From positions 60,574,001 through 60,638,000 of the forward strand of contig OX597819.1 of assembly GCA_951406725.2 (NCBI GenBank): a stretch of 64,000 nt of DNA, written 5' to 3'. Within the stretch, counting starts at the first letter, position 1, and the number at the start of each line of letters is the position of its first letter. The notes below the pieces were generated by a model. It was given only the letters and a program-made list of their open reading frames with translations. It ran no database searches and was not told the origin of the DNA. The stretch comes from Octopus vulgaris (lineage: Eukaryota). Positions 13,730 through 27,078 of the stretch are shown piece after piece. The translations under genes and the position numbers were made by a program.

Positions 13730-13931
13730 ATTCTTTCACCTGTTTCAGTCATTTGACTGCGACCATGCTGGAGCACCGCCTTTAGTCAAGAAAATCGATC
13801 CCAAGACTTATTCTTTGTAAGCCTAGTGCTTATTCTGTTGGTCTATTTTGCTGAATTGCTAAGTTACGGGGATGTTAACAAACCAGCATCGGTTGTCAAG
13901 CAATGTTTTGGGGGGACAAACACATACACAT

Positions 13932-13980
<49 letters not shown>

Positions 13981-14140
13981 GAGTTTCTTTCAGTTTCCAT
14001 CTACCAAATCCACTCACAAGGCTTTGGTTAGCCTGAGGTTATAGTAAAAGGCACTTGCCCAAGGTGTCACACAGTAGGACTGAACACAGAACCATGTGGT
14101 TGGTAAGCAAGCTACTTACCACACAGCCACTCCTACGCCT
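13730..14140 (-). mobile_element. SINE S1 copy
   Basis: Similar to 1-415. Confidence 0.9.
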
Positions 14141-14232
14141 ATTTGTAATGACTAAAAAGTTTTGAATGGTACAACAATGCACTATAACACAGACAATGGG
14201 CTATATACTTGTTGTAATTTAGTCATCCATCG

Positions 14233-14272
14233 TCTGATATGATATTTCGGAATAATATTCCTTCTTCAGATA
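14233..14272 (-). ncRNA. Minimal hammerhead-like motif
   Basis: Minus strand tat-CTGAAGA-a-ggaat att attcc-GAAA-tatcata-TC-aga. Stems II and III pair; stem I is weak. Confidence 0.4.
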
Positions 14273-15193
14273 TTCTTAGATGGATTCGCTGCTATAATTG
14301 GTTTTCCAATGGCTTTTCTTTATTATTATTTTTTTTTTAATGATAAGTTATTTTACTAAATTCTTTGTTATATTTAAAATAATTGAAAGAAACACAGAGC
14401 ATCTCAAAATAAATACAATAACGAAAGGGGTAAAGTGGGACTTGTCTCGCATAACCAGGTGGGTTGGCAGTGAAAGGGTTGCAGTAAACAGAACTAAAAC
14501 AAAGCTTTTAGGGGCAACAGTTGCTTCTTGCATCAACAAACCAACATAACAAAGCTAGGTTTCTTGTGGGTTGGCAGAAATTTAATATGACATAGCTTAT
14601 GTGATACATACATACAAACATAGACACACATACATACATACATATATGTATGTTTGTATACACACACACAAATGAACATATGTGTATAGCAGATGTCTTA
14701 TATACATAAATTGTGATGTACTCAGAGATATAACGTCTTGTGTGACCTGATAGGGAACTGACTTTTTCTGTAAGCAATGCATGTAATTCAATCCAAATTT
14801 CTATGAATTTTAGTAGAAAATTATTTCTAGCCATAACCAAGAAAGCATTTCATGTTGATGTTGTTTAACCCTAAGTCTGCTCTAATCAAGTAGATTTATG
14901 TTCAAAGGCAGCCCATCTACCCTTCTTTTTTTCAATCTTCATATATCTCAAACTACATTATTCAATGCACGTCTCTATTTTCTAACCCTTTATTCAAAGC
15001 ACCCTGAAACCACCCCTGGTTCTATGAGACAAACTTCTTGCTTTAATTATTGGTTTCAAATTTTGGCACAAGGCCAGAAATTTTGAGGGAAGGGGCTAAG
15101 TCACTTATATCAACCCCAGTACTCAATTGGGACTTATTTTCTTGACCCCAAAAGAACAGAGCAGACAAAAGGCAGCTAAACATTTTGCGTGGT

Positions 15194-15583
15194 ATTCTTT
15201 TACATATTTCAGTCATTTGACTGTGGCCATGCTGGAGCACTGCCTTTTGTCGAACAAATCAACTTCAGGACTTATTCTTTGTAAGCCTAGTACTTATTCT
15301 ATCGGTCTCTTTTGCCGAAGTGCTAAGTTACGGGGGACGTAAACACACCAACATTGGTTGTCAAGCGATGGTGGTGGGGACAAACACAGATACATAAACA
15401 CACACACACATACACACATGATGGGCTTCTTTTCAGTTTCTGTCTACCAAATCCACTCACAAGGCTTTGGTCGGCCCGAGGCTATAGTAGAAGACACTTG
15501 CCCAAGATGCCACACAGTGGGACTGAACCCAGAACCCTGTGGTTGGTAAGCAAGCTACTTACCACACAGCCACTCCTGCACCT
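15194..15583 (-). mobile_element. SINE S1 copy
   Basis: Similar to 1-415. Partial tail copies also occur at about 15830-16015 and 10645-10870. Confidence 0.9.
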
Positions 15584-16124
15584 GCTACTGATTCTGCCAG
15601 TTTATTGCCTACTTCTTGCTTTAATTCTTGAAAACCATTCTTGTAAACTGTGTGGTCTGGGTCTGAGAGATTAAAATTCATTGGTTAAAATAGAACCCAA
15701 TGCAATGAACTAAACACCCTTTTGCTAATATTCTGTGGGTATTCTTTTGACTTAATCTACCAGCATTTCTGGAAAGTTCTAGTTAGTTTTCTAAGATGGC
15801 TTGGTTAAGATGAATAGCTATTTCTTAAATTCTTTTATTCGTTTTTTTTTTTGTTTCAGTCATTTGACTGTGGCCATGCTGGAGCACCACCTCTAGCCAA
15901 ACAAATCGACCCCAGGACTTATTCTTTGTAAGCCTAATACTTATTCTATCGGTCTCTTTTGTTGAGCTGCTAGGTTACAGAGATGGAAACACACCAGCAT
16001 CGGTTGTCAAGCAATGGAACAAAGAAGTGATACATGTCTGGAAGGGCAATAATACCAAATAAAAATGGTTCAAACTGTGGCAAATCCCTCCACTCTATAC
16101 CAGAATGGAAAGTAGCTGAGAAAA

Positions 16125-16590
16125 CTATGATGATGGTGATGGTGGTGGTTTTGGTGGTGGTGGTGAAGATGATGAAGAGGAAAATGATTGTGGTGATGGT
16201 GCAGTGGTAGTGGTGGGGTGGTGGTGGAGCTGTGGGGGTGGTGATAAGGAGGGTGATGAAAATGATGATGCTGTTGTTGGTGGTGATGGTGGGGTGATGG
16301 TTGAGCGGTGGTGGTGGTGGTGGTGGTGGTGATAAAGAAAGTGATGAAAATGATGATGTTGTTGTTATTGGTGGTGATGGTGATGATAGTGATGTTGTTG
16401 CTGTCGGTTGTAGTGGTGGTGGTGAAGATAATGAGTATAAAGATGATGATGGCAATGGTAGTTGTGGTGGAGTGGTAGTGGTGGTGGTGATAATGATGGT
16501 GATGGTGATGATGATGATGTTGTTGTTGTTGGTGGTGGTGCTGGTAGTGAAGTCCAATAAAGATGACAACGACGACGCCGACTACGATGA
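16125..16590. repeat. Degenerate GGT/GAT/GTT trinucleotide low-complexity tract
   Basis: Direct inspection. Confidence 0.85.
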
Positions 16591-17076
16591 TTTTGCATCT
16601 GCTTCAGTGATAACATTAACATTAATTCTGGAAAGAAGGGGGGGTGGAGAAAAATAAAATAAAAAACACAAACCAGAATAAAATAAAAAAAAAACGCAAA
16701 GCAGAAAAACAAAAAGAAAATAACAAACTTTAAAAAAAAAAAGAAGTGCGTGGTAATGGTTCAGGTCAGTTTAGAAGTAAATTATTTTTGCTAACAGCTG
16801 AGAAATATGTCATCAAGCCAAGCCAACACAGACTAAAACAGACTAAAACATCAAACTGAAGTGGCAAAAAATATGACACAAATTTCATAAATAGCAGCAG
16901 TTAATACAGGGTTTTGGTGATATTACTGAGGAAAAGTTTGAACTAATACATCGACGAGGTACTTTTAATGTTTTGATGTTTAAAATGTTGTAAAATTATT
17001 TTTATTTGGTTTGTGTAATGTAATGTTAAGCTGAGAAATGGTGTTGTTTCTAAAACATTTTAATATGCTCTGTGTT

Positions 17077-18005
17077 AAGGCAGTGAGCTGGTAGAAATGT
17101 TAACATGCCAGGCGAAATGCTTAGTGGTATTTTGTCTGTCTTTGTGTTCTGAGTTCAAATTCCACTGAGGTCGACTCTGCTTTTCATCCTTTCGGGGTCG
17201 ATTAAATAAGTACCAGTTACGCACTGGGCTCGATATAATCGACTTCATCTGTCTGTCCTTGTTTGTCTCCTCTGTGTTTAGCCCCATGTGGGTAGTAAAC
17301 AAATAGGTATTTTGTCTGTCTTTACGTTCTGAGTTCAAATTCCACTGAGGTCAACTTTGCCTGTCATCTTTTGGGATCAATAAATTAAGTACCAATCTAA
17401 TTGACTGGCCCCCGCCCCCAAAATTTCGGGCCTTGCGTCTAGAGTAGAAAAGAATCGTTAACATTCCAGGCGAAATGCTTAGCAGCATTTCGTCTGTCTT
17501 TACGTTCTGAGTTCAAATTCCACTGAGGGCAACTTTGCCTTTCATCATTTTGGGAGTCGATAAATTAAGTACAAGTTGCATACTGGGGTCGATCTAATCC
17601 ACTGACCACTTGCACCCTAAATTTCGGGCTTTGTGCCAAGAGTAGAAAAGAATCGTTAGCACACCAGACAAAGTACCTAGTATCATATCATCTATCTTTA
17701 TGTTGTGAGTTCAAATTCCACTGAGGTCAGCTCTACATTTCACCCTTTCAGGGTTGATAAAAATACATACCAGTTAAATATGGGGGTTGATGTGATATGT
17801 GTTAAGGCAGCAAGTTGGCAGATTTGCCGGTATGCTTAGTAGCATTTTGCTCATCTTCATGTTCTGAGTTCAAATTCCACTGAAGTCGACTTTGCCTTTC
17901 ATTCTTCCAGGGTTGATAAAATAAATATCACATAAGCAAGGGGGTTGATGTAATTGACTAAGCCCTCTTGCTCCAAATTTCAAGCCTTGTGTCTACAATA
18001 GAAAG
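17077..18005 (+). mobile_element. Head-to-tail array of about 5 S2 SINE units
   Basis: tgagttcaaattccactga recurs at about 17150, 17330, 17508, 17706 and 17864. Confidence 0.85.
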
Positions 18006-18253
18006 GGATTTTAACCCATTCACGCCAATCGTCCGTTTAAACTGATACTTAATTTATAAGGGTATAAAACAAATACTTGATACAAATAGTGATTTGTGTA
18101 TGATCTGTATCAAAGAATGAAACATGTTCTTAATGTGTATGCAGTTTGTATCAAACGAATTTCAATGAAATATTTTTCAGTTGTTTTTTTTTTTTTTTTT
18201 TTTTGTACTTGTTTCAGTCATTTGACTGTGGCGATGCTGGAGCACCGCCTTTA

Positions 18254-18421
18254 GAGTGGTGAAAGAGTACAGCAGGGATCACCACCTCCTGCCGGAGCCT
18301 CGTGGAGCTTTTAGGTGTTTTTTTCGCTCAATAAACACACACAACGCCCGGTCTGGGAATCGAAACCGCGATCCTCCGACCGCAAGTCCGCTGCCCTAAC
18401 CACTAGGCCATTGCGCCTCCA
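18254..18421 (-). mobile_element. tRNA-derived SINE (third family), young-looking head
   Basis: Minus strand tggaggcgcaatggcctagtggttagggcagcggac...ggtttcgattccc has intact A/B boxes followed by non-tRNA sequence. Diverged relatives lie at about 28619-28860(+), 60455-60600(+), 11690-11860(-) and 4400-4540(-). Confidence 0.75.
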
Positions 18422-18518
18422 CGTTATATAGATCTAAATAATAGTGTCTGTGAATTTTCTGGCAATTTCATTCACTAGAAAAATTTCAGCAAAAATGGGT
18501 TAGTATACTCTATCTTCA

Positions 18519-18735
18519 AAGGCAGTGAGTTAGCAGAATCATTACTGTGCCAGGTAGAATGCTTAGCAGCATTTTGTCTGTCTTTACATTCTGAGTTCAA
18601 ATCCCACCGAGGTCAATTTTGCCTTTCATCCATTTGGGGTCAATAAAATAAGCACCAGTTGAGCACTGGGGTCAAAGTAATTCACTTGCATCCTCCCCCC
18701 AAATTGCTGGCCTTGTGCTAAAATTTGAAACCAAT
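18519..18735 (+). mobile_element. SINE S2 with a TSD of about 15 bp
   Basis: Flanked by tatactctatcttca on both sides. Confidence 0.85.
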
Positions 18736-19050
18736 ATACTCTATCTTCACAGATATTTCCAATTGTAAATGCTTAGCATACTGCTGGTGCCACTTAAAAA
18801 TCGGTGGTCCTGGTGCCACCAAAAAAAAACACCCAGTACACTCTGTAAAGTGGTTGGCATCTCAGCCATAGAAACCATGCCAAAGCAGACAAGTTGGAAC
18901 CTGGTGCGGCTCTCTAGCTCACCAGCTCTCCTGTCAAACCGTCCAACCAATGTTATCATGGAAAATGAACCTTAAATGATGAAGGTGACGATGATGATGA
19001 TGGTTGTAAACGAGCATCATTGTCATACAAGCAATATTGTTTGCTTCAAT

Positions 19051-19219
19051 AAGGTAGCAAGCTGGCAGAAACTTTAGCATGTCAGGCGAAATGCTTAGCA
19101 GTATTTTGTCTGTCTTTACATTCTGAGTTCAAATTCTGCTGAGGTCAACTTTGCCTTTCATCCTTTTGGGGTCAATAAATTAAGCACCAGTTTCGGGCCT
19201 TGTGCCTAGAGTAGAAAAG
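19051..19219 (+). mobile_element. SINE S2 with an 18-bp TSD
   Basis: aatattgtttgcttcaat at 19033-19050 and 19220-19237. Confidence 0.85.
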
Positions 19220-19385
19220 AATATTGTTTGCTTCAATCTTCTGTGAAAAATATCTCTGGCAATAGGGAATATTACCTTGGTTTGAAATGGGTAAAGACAG
19301 GCAACAGGAAGGGCATTGGCTGTAGAAAAAAATCTGTCTCAACAAATTCTATTTGTCCCATGCAAGCAAGAGAAAGTGAACATTA

Positions 19386-19417
<32 letters not shown>

Positions 19418-19439
19418 GTCACTGCTTCTATCATCAGCC

Positions 19440-19670
19440 AGGTGTCCTCCTTGAGTTCAGGGATCAGCTTGATAAGACACTCCACTTCCCTTTGTGTTGT
19501 ACTGTTTGCATATAATCAGCCAGGTTCCTGTTTCCAGCCTTTTGTTTGATGTCATCAGTTTGCAAACGTCTTTGATGGCCTCTTGCTCTCTTCCCCTCCT
19601 CACTTCCTGGCAGGATAGTCTTAAGCTGTGACTTGTGGTGTGCTATATGTCCAAAATATGATGGCTTTAT
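19440..19670 (-). mobile_element. RTE-clade LINE C-terminal fragment
   Basis: SYFGHIAH...LKTILPG.EEGKRARGHQRR..DDIK motif. Confidence 0.75.
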
Positions 19671-19762
19671 AGCAGCATTTCTCAACCGGGGTTCCACAAA
19701 AGTTCCTAGGGGTTCCATGAAAAAGAGTGAGATAAACTAATGCTAATTTCATGATATATATA

Positions 19763-19829
<67 letters not shown>

Positions 19830-19904
19830 GTCTCTCTGTCTGCCTGTCTGTCTGTCAGTCTGTCCATCTGTCCGTCCGTCCTTCTGTCTATCTATCTATC
19901 TATC

Positions 19905-20010
19905 CATCCTGTTCGCGCCAGCTGGCACATAAGGCCTCCATGCTCGTTTTCCATTTATCCCTCTGTTTTGCAAGCTTTCTTGCCACATTCCCTGATGACC
20001 ATCCAGGAAA
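19905..20010 (-). mobile_element. RTE-clade LINE extreme 3' end
   Basis: ...[26 protein letters not shown], followed on the minus strand by a (GATA)n tract. Confidence 0.6.
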
Positions 20011-20916
20011 ATAATAATAAAGAATTTAATAGCTTCATCATTATTAAAATGGCATTTGGAGCATAAATTAACATGAAAATTTGATGAAAGATTTTAATTT
20101 AGATCAATTTAAAATAGGAATTTTGTATCAAAGAATCTGGGGAAGTTTTGGGTGGATGGGTTGGTATGGGTTGGTATTGAAAGGAGTTTCAACAACCCCT
20201 ATATTTGATGCTTTACTTTATCAACCCTGAAAAGATAGAAAACAAAAGTTGTCCTCGTCAGGATTTGATCTCAGAATGTAAGAACTCTCTAGTATTTTGT
20301 TAAGCATTCTAACCATTTCGCCACTACATTACACTTGTCTGCATCATCGTGATCCTCATCATTATAATGTCCTCTTTTGCATTTTTGCATGAATTAAATG
20401 GAATTTATTGAGACATTTTATATAGCAGATGCCCTTCCTGTCACCAGCCCTCCCTTGTTTGTGATATTTCTCCATGGCTAGACATGTTCTCACAGAAGAT
20501 TGGAAATGAGTGACACTGCTTGTATGACAGTGATGCTCATTTACAACTATCACAGGATGTTAAGACAAGGAGATAGTAACACCCCCTCACACACACAAAT
20601 ATAAATATATGATAGGATTCTTTCAGTTTCTGTCTACCATGCTAAATTCACTTACAAGACATTGGTTGGCTTGGTGATATATGTAGAAGGCACTTGCCCA
20701 AGGTGCCACTCAGTGGGACTGAACCTCAGATCATGTGGTTGCGAGATTTCTTATTTTAGTACAAGACCACAGGTCCATCAGAAAGGAGTATAAATGATTT
20801 AATTTATCCCAGTGTAATTAACAGAAAGATAAAAAGGATAAGCTAATCCCAATGGGATTTCCATTCAGGATGTAGAAGGATGGAACTAAATGTGATGAAA
20901 AATGTCATCTGTTTCC

Positions 20917-20968
20917 TTGTGTCTTCAGGTTGTGTCTTCAGGTTGTGTCTTCAGGTTGTGTCTTCAGG
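20917..20968 (+). repeat. 13-bp minisatellite, 4 copies
   Basis: (ttgtgtcttcagg)4. Confidence 0.9.
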
Positions 20969-21069
20969 TTTGTCTCATGGAACTATTGTAGCTGAATACA
21001 ACATAGGCTTCCTGCTTCCTTCCTTTGGGCTTTCCACAAGACTCCATTTTCCTCAGCTATGGTTAAATC

Positions 21070-21405
21070 TGAGAGAAGGGGAGAGGGAGATAGAGGGAGA
21101 GGGAGGGAGAGATAGAGAGAGGGAGAGAGAGAGGAGATAGAAGGAGGGTGAGAGAGGGAAAGAGAGGGGAGGGAGAGGTAGAGAGGAGAGGTAGAGGTAG
21201 AGAGGGGATAGAGAGGGAGAGAAGGAGAGAGCAGGAGAGGAGAAAAGGAGAGGGGTAGAGAGGTAGAAAGAGGAGAGACAGGGGCAGAAAGAAGGGGGAT
21301 AGAGAGGGTGAGAGAAGGTGAGAGAGGGAAAGAGGGAGAGAGAGTGAGAGAGGGAGAAAGAGGGAGAGAGAGAGGGAGGGAGAGAGAGAGAGAAGGGGGG
21401 GATAA
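21070..21405. repeat. Polypurine (GA-rich) tract
   Basis: Direct inspection. Similar tracts at about 783-1030 and 30775-30892. Confidence 0.85.
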
Positions 21406-22079
21406 ATAAAGAAGAATCAATCATCTTAGTTCTTATCTGATATTTCATTCACTGATTCTGATCAATAGGATGAAAGGTAAAGTTGACTTTGGCAAGGTTT
21501 GAACCTAGAACACAGAGGACCACAACAAATAGCAGAAGGGATCTTATTCAATGCTTTAATGACTCCGTCATTCCTCCACCTTCATGGTAATGGCATTCCT
21601 TTTTCATGGTGAATCTACAATATAGCAGTGCTCCAGCATGACCTTGGGCATGATGATTAAAACACTGAAAGAACAAATGAAAGGATTGCTGTATTTCCCT
21701 GCAGGTTGGCCCCAATACATCTCCAATACCATCTATTTATCTTTCTCTTTATCTCTCTCTCTCTCACAGTCTCTCTATCTTTGTCTCACTCTCTTTCACT
21801 CTCTTTCTCCTTCTTTGTCCTACTGGGGTAACCAAACATCTCCTCTATGGTAAGACAACTATCTTTGTCCTGCTATCATACTCTATTTATGCAGTGTATG
21901 TAGACAACCAGACCCAGCTGAGTCAAGAAATCTGCTTTTGAGCTATTCAGACAGTTACATTATATTAAATATACAGTCCATAATATTTATGAAGGGCAGA
22001 TTCTGAGACAGGTGAATAAAATATAAATGACAAACAGTAGAGGTACAGGTGTTAAGAGTACCCTTGAACTTGAAATATA

Positions 22080-22920
22080 AACTAATACTATGGAGAGCAT
22101 CCAGCAAACAGCTAACTCCATCCACCAGAGTATTATGGTCACAATAGATTACCTACAAAAAACCCTAGCCATAGACTACCAATACCAGATACAGAACTGG
22201 CTGGAAACAGTGAATAATAAAACCCAAATCCTCCATTCACACTATTCCAAAACTATGGCCTCTAAATACCTGATTCACTGGAACTCAGCTATCACGGACA
22301 ATACAAAATTCAATATATTGATAGCAGACCTCATCAGAATAATGAGAAATGTGTCCTGCTTGTGTGACCCTACAGAGTTAAAGAGATACATACAACACTT
22401 CATCCACCACATGCAGTTCTCAGGATACAAGCATAGAGAAAGAATCAGAGTATATAAAGGAGCCATGAAGAAATTTGAAACTATCATACATAATGATAAG
22501 AATGGGATTTGCCCACCCTATAGGAGCAAGTCATGGAATACCATTGAAAGGACTAAGAAGAAAATAAGGAAGGCCAACTCATGGTATGATAGCCACAAAT
22601 ACCAGTGTCATGTTCGTCGACAACCACCCCTACAGGTGAACTGGCATACTGCTTTAGAAGGGCCCTAGACAAGCTTAAGCTAAGAATTAAGGTTGTAGAA
22701 AGGCCAGGTAACCTTTTTCAAAACCCTAATCGGTAGAACCTACCCTTTTAATAGAACCCACTGTACCGATAGGAACTGTATTGTATGTAGAGTTAGCCGA
22801 CAAACAAACTGTAAAGCTAGGAATGTAGTCTATAGAATAAAATGTACAGAGAGACAGTGCAGTAACCAGACAACTTACAGAGGGAAGACAGATTACAGAA
22901 GCTACACACATAATAGAAGA
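22080..22920 (+). mobile_element. Penelope-like element remnant (RT thumb + GIY-YIG endonuclease, frameshifted)
   Basis: HYSKTMASKYLIHWNSA...LIRIMRN...MQFSGY. Then, in shifted frames, KLRIKVVERPG...YPFNRTHCTDRNCIVC...CKARNVVYRIKC...TYRGKT (Cys motifs plus GIY-YIG signature). Confidence 0.85.
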
Positions 22921-23543
22921 TAAAGCTAACCTAAATAGAAAACAAGAATGGAACATTAGCACACACACACCACACCACAACCTGATGACAGAATAAGATC
23001 CCCATAAACTAATAATAATATGAAATTAATACTAGATAAATAATAGATAAATAAATGGAATTAAGTAATTAAATACATAAATAAAATATAATAAATTAAT
23101 ACAAAAAAAAGGAAGTATATAAATACAAATAAATAAAATAAAATAAAATGAACGTTAATAAACAGAGGATACTGATAATGCAGGTACCATACACATTCCC
23201 CCCCACACACACACAGTTAAGAAACATAGACACACACAGGGATATATGCATGCACAAATAAAGACACATACAACAGGAACACAAAATGGCAGATCGTTAG
23301 GAAGGAGAGACACAAAGAAAGAAAAATGCAAAGGACCACTGATGAGGTCACAGAGGTGTAATGAAAGGACTCTGGCTGAAATATAATTAATATGAAATAA
23401 AGCTGAAGCAAGCGAACACCAAATAAATAGTGCGTGTGTTTTCATAGGCTAAACTGGCAACATGACCATCCCCAAATGCAATAATATCTGTTTCAACACA
23501 CGAGTTCACATCAAGAATCTTACAAAATGAATACGTAAATTTA

Positions 23544-23602
<59 letters not shown>

Positions 23603-23693
23603 GTATGCATGTATGTATGTATGCATGCATGCATGTATGTATGTATGTATGTATGTATGTATGTATGTGTGTATGTATGTGTGTATGTATGTA

Positions 23694-23911
23694 TACAAGA
23701 GGATGCTTAAAAGTTCCTGGCTTTGGGTAAAAGAAAATAGAGGAGAATCAGTTAATTATGATTTTATGCAACATATTCCCCTCTCAGATTCACACACTTA
23801 TTGCAGTGGCCTTTCCATTTTTATAAGTCCTGTAAAATAACTTGGAAAGTTGGGCCTCCAGCCAAGCCTTTCATGATACCCTTAAAGCCAGGAACTTTTC
23901 AGCCCTCCCTA

Positions 23912-23915
<4 letters not shown>
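23694..23915. mobile_element. Mariner-type MITE
   Basis: TIRs containing aaaagttcctggcttt / aaagccaggaactttt. Second copy at 27648-27879. Confidence 0.75.
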
Positions 23916-23954
<39 letters not shown>

Positions 23955-24074
23955 AGGTGTATTCCATTAGGAACATGGTGGAGTACAAAATAGAGCTCAT
24001 TCACCTTTATTTAAATAGCTGTCTAACTATACTCCTTCTTGACTCTATTTTATTCAATTTTTCCTGATGCGTCA

Positions 24075-24529
24075 GGCGATATGATATGCTCGAGAAGACC
24101 TATTGAGTCGAATAAAACCAATATTGTAGCTGGTACCCGTGCCCCCTGGCTGGCTCCCATGCCGATGGCATGTAAAAGTCACCATCTGAATGTGGTCAAT
24201 GCCAGGTCTGCTTGACTGGCCCCTGTGCCGGTGGCATGTAAAAAGCATCGACCGATCATGACAGATGCTAGTACCCCTTGACTGGCTCCTGTGCCAGTGG
24301 CTCTTGAGAAGCACCATCTGAATGTGTTCATTGCCACACCCGCCTTACTGGCTCCGGTGCTGGTGGCACATGAAAAGCACCCACTACACTCTTGGAGTGG
24401 TTGGCATTAAGAAGGGCATCAAGCTGTAGAAACTCTGCCAGACCAGATTGGAGCCCGGTGCAGACGGTGCCTCTCCAGACCTCAGTCAAACCATCCAACC
24501 CATGCCAGCATGGAAAACAGACGTTAGTC

Positions 24530-24560
<31 letters not shown>
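24075..24560 (+). mobile_element. RTE-3'UTR-derived repeat with internal ~60-bp tandem subrepeats
   Basis: Repeated gactggc(t)cc.gtgcc.gtggca.gtaaaa.gcacc units, then the same tail as 3920-4275. Confidence 0.7.
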
Positions 24561-24561
<1 letters not shown>

Positions 24562-25114
24562 CAGGGTTATTCAAAAAGAAAGAGCAGATTTCAAATTTAT
24601 TTTTAAAACAAAAGGTAAGAGACACAAACACATTCTGCATATTTCTTGATAGGGAAAGGTTTAAAGCTTATAACTGAACATGATCAATTAAATTAAGCCT
24701 TAAATAAAATAATATTCTAATTTTGTTTCAATCTTTCATTTTCTTCATTTTATTTAAAGTTGCATTATTTTCATTTATGTAATCCCTTAGAAAATGGCGA
24801 CGCCACAAAAAAAGTATTTTTGTGTGCTGCAGTTTGAGACATGTGAATCAGTTGTGCAAGTGCAAAGTGAATTTGTCTGCCAATTCAATAAAAATCCACC
24901 ACAACACAAGCAAATTTACGAATGGCATAAAAATTTCACAGAAAAAGGTTTCAATGTTTGTTGAGCAACATGTGGTGCTCATGTTGAGTGCATACTGCCT
25001 TAAAATAAACTTTAAACCTTCCCCTGTCAAGAAATATGTAGAATGCGTTTGTGTCTCTTACTGTTTGTTTTAAAAGTAAATTTAAAATCTGCTCTTTCTT
25101 TTTGAATAACCCTG
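24562..25114 (+). mobile_element. Tc1/mariner internal-deletion derivative
   Basis: Perfect ~30-bp TIRs cagggttattcaaaaagaaagagcagattt. Retains the transposase N-terminus (MATPQKKYFCVLQF...VQ; KNPPQHKQIYEWHKNF) and C-terminus (ATCGAHVE). Confidence 0.85.
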
Positions 25115-25124
25115 TACACACACA

Positions 25125-25164
<40 letters not shown>

Positions 25165-25889
25165 TATACATTTATATATATATTAACTTAGTTCATATGG
25201 TGAGCGACACAGTTTTTGAGAAAATCAAAGTAAGGTGTGCAGCAAATACAGTTGAGAAACACTGCTGTATGTAGGCTCTCAATCCACTAGAAATAGCAGC
25301 AAAGCGTCTCTCACCCTTCGAATTACATACCACTAGTGTCTCCAATATAAAGTAGTCATAGACGCTTTATACCTAAAACAAAGACAATTGATTATGGTTT
25401 GATTGAATTTGAACAAAAGTCTGCTGAATCAAAGTTGTCCTTGGATTGCTTTGGAATGAAAAAAACTTTCACTGCTTCCCACATTTGATAGAAAATAGAT
25501 CTTCAAAATTTGTGTGAAAACAAAGTATTTGTGTTTTTTTAAACAAATAGATTTATGGGGAATAGATGTTATACAGGTATTCAAAGTGTTGAAACACGTT
25601 CTGACCCACATTATATTGAAAAGACTGCTTTTCTAAAAGATTTTATTATTTCATAATAGATTTTATAATATGTCTTTGTTGTATATGAAGCAGATGATCT
25701 AAATTCTATCTTACAGCGGCAAGGTGTAAAGTGACATTATAATGGGTATTTACTGACATTACCTAGGAATAGTTAAAAATAATCAATGCTTTAGTTGTTA
25801 GTGAATAATAAAAGAAAAAAGAAAAAACCCAGATCAGGCAACTAAGAATGTAGCTGTTAAATAGAGGAATATATATTTAAAATCCATTC

Positions 25890-26300
25890 ATCCAACAATT
25901 TTATCTGCCCACTATTCCTGGAGGGGTTGTTAAGGGTAGAGTCCTATCAAAAGCAACCATCATTACACTTTCAGGCTGGCTTCCCAAGGGTGATTAACTA
26001 ACTAAGACTGTGGATATTATCCAACCGTCTTGGTTTTGGTCTCCTGCTGAGTTGGCTCAGCTTGAATGAATCTGTTTTGCAATCCTTTCCTGTGACATTC
26101 TAATTGCATGTCTGTAGTACTGGGAGCTGTAACCTTTCAATGTGGAGAAGTAGTGGCTCAAGCAGGAGAGACTACCTATCTCCAAGCTACGCATCCTACT
26201 GAGTAATGTTACTCCAGAGATCCTTTAGGGGAACTCTGTTTTGGACATTTGTGTCCACAATCATGCTCTTTCAGTCATTAACCAACATTTATGACCATAA
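25890..26300 (-). mobile_element. Degenerate RTE-clade LINE fragment
   Basis: YGH..W.MTER...RISGVTLL...EPLLLHIER...RMSQERIAKQ, with stops and frameshifts. Same family as 38430-38820. Confidence 0.7.
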
Positions 26301-27064
26301 TATTTAAAATACAGAGTATAAAAATAAATCTACATATAAATATCAATTCATTGAGAAGAAGAGAACATTCATTTAATTAATAATGTTATTTTACAAATTT
26401 TGGCAAGACAACTTTTGGGAGACAACTTCAGATATGTTTCAGTGTTATTATAACACCTTAGCTACTCATTTATTTGATATAGCTGATACAGTCTTAGCTA
26501 AACAATGATTTCCTGTGCAAAATGTAAGAACAAAGGAAGCAAGCAGTTACAGTTCTATTTCAAAAATGGTTGAATAGGAGCTGGAATGAAAGTGATATGT
26601 TGAGCAGGCATGAAAAAATGTTGTTTAATCCCAAGTTGATCTGATCAAGTAGACTTGAGATCAAAAGCATCCCATCTGTGATAATCTAGCACATGGTCCA
26701 TTTGGGGGAAGAAATTGCTGTTGTTTAGCTTCCAACTGTGACCATGCCAACTATTTTTAGACATAGAGCATCTAGGATGATTTTATCCAATGTATCCTAC
26801 TTTTATAAAAATGGTCGGATGTGATTTTGAAGGAAATTTGATTTCTAATTCTAGCTTTAGTTGTAGGTGGATGAACCTTCTGCAACTGATGGGAATAAGC
26901 ACAGTGACCTTTCAAACCAATAATGAACAGAGAATAATTCGGTTAACACAGCAAAAAACATTAAAAAACATTAAACTATTAAGTAGCCAAAAAACAAAAC
27001 GAAAAACCAACCAAACAATTTATTTCTGCTACCAGGGATAATTAACATCGGAAGCGAGGGTTAT

Positions 27065-27078
27065 GTTACCAAGGAAAC
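27065..27078. promoter_or_regulatory. RFX X-box-like motif in a local CpG-retaining patch
   Basis: GTTACCAAGGAAAC matches the consensus GTYNCC-AT-RGNAAC with one spacer mismatch. The surrounding 27040-27520 has visibly more CpG than its flanks. Confidence 0.4.

Noticed and set aside
18345-18421. Possible tRNA gene on the minus strand
   Set aside because: The acceptor stem does not close, and the sequence continues into a repeat body; it is a SINE head.
20917-20968. Short direct repeats (CRISPR-like?)
   Set aside because: Contiguous 13-mers with no spacers, in a eukaryotic context.
25755-25780. Minus-strand ttcctag|gtaatg as a recursive splice site
   Set aside because: The motif is too short to distinguish from chance without RNA data.
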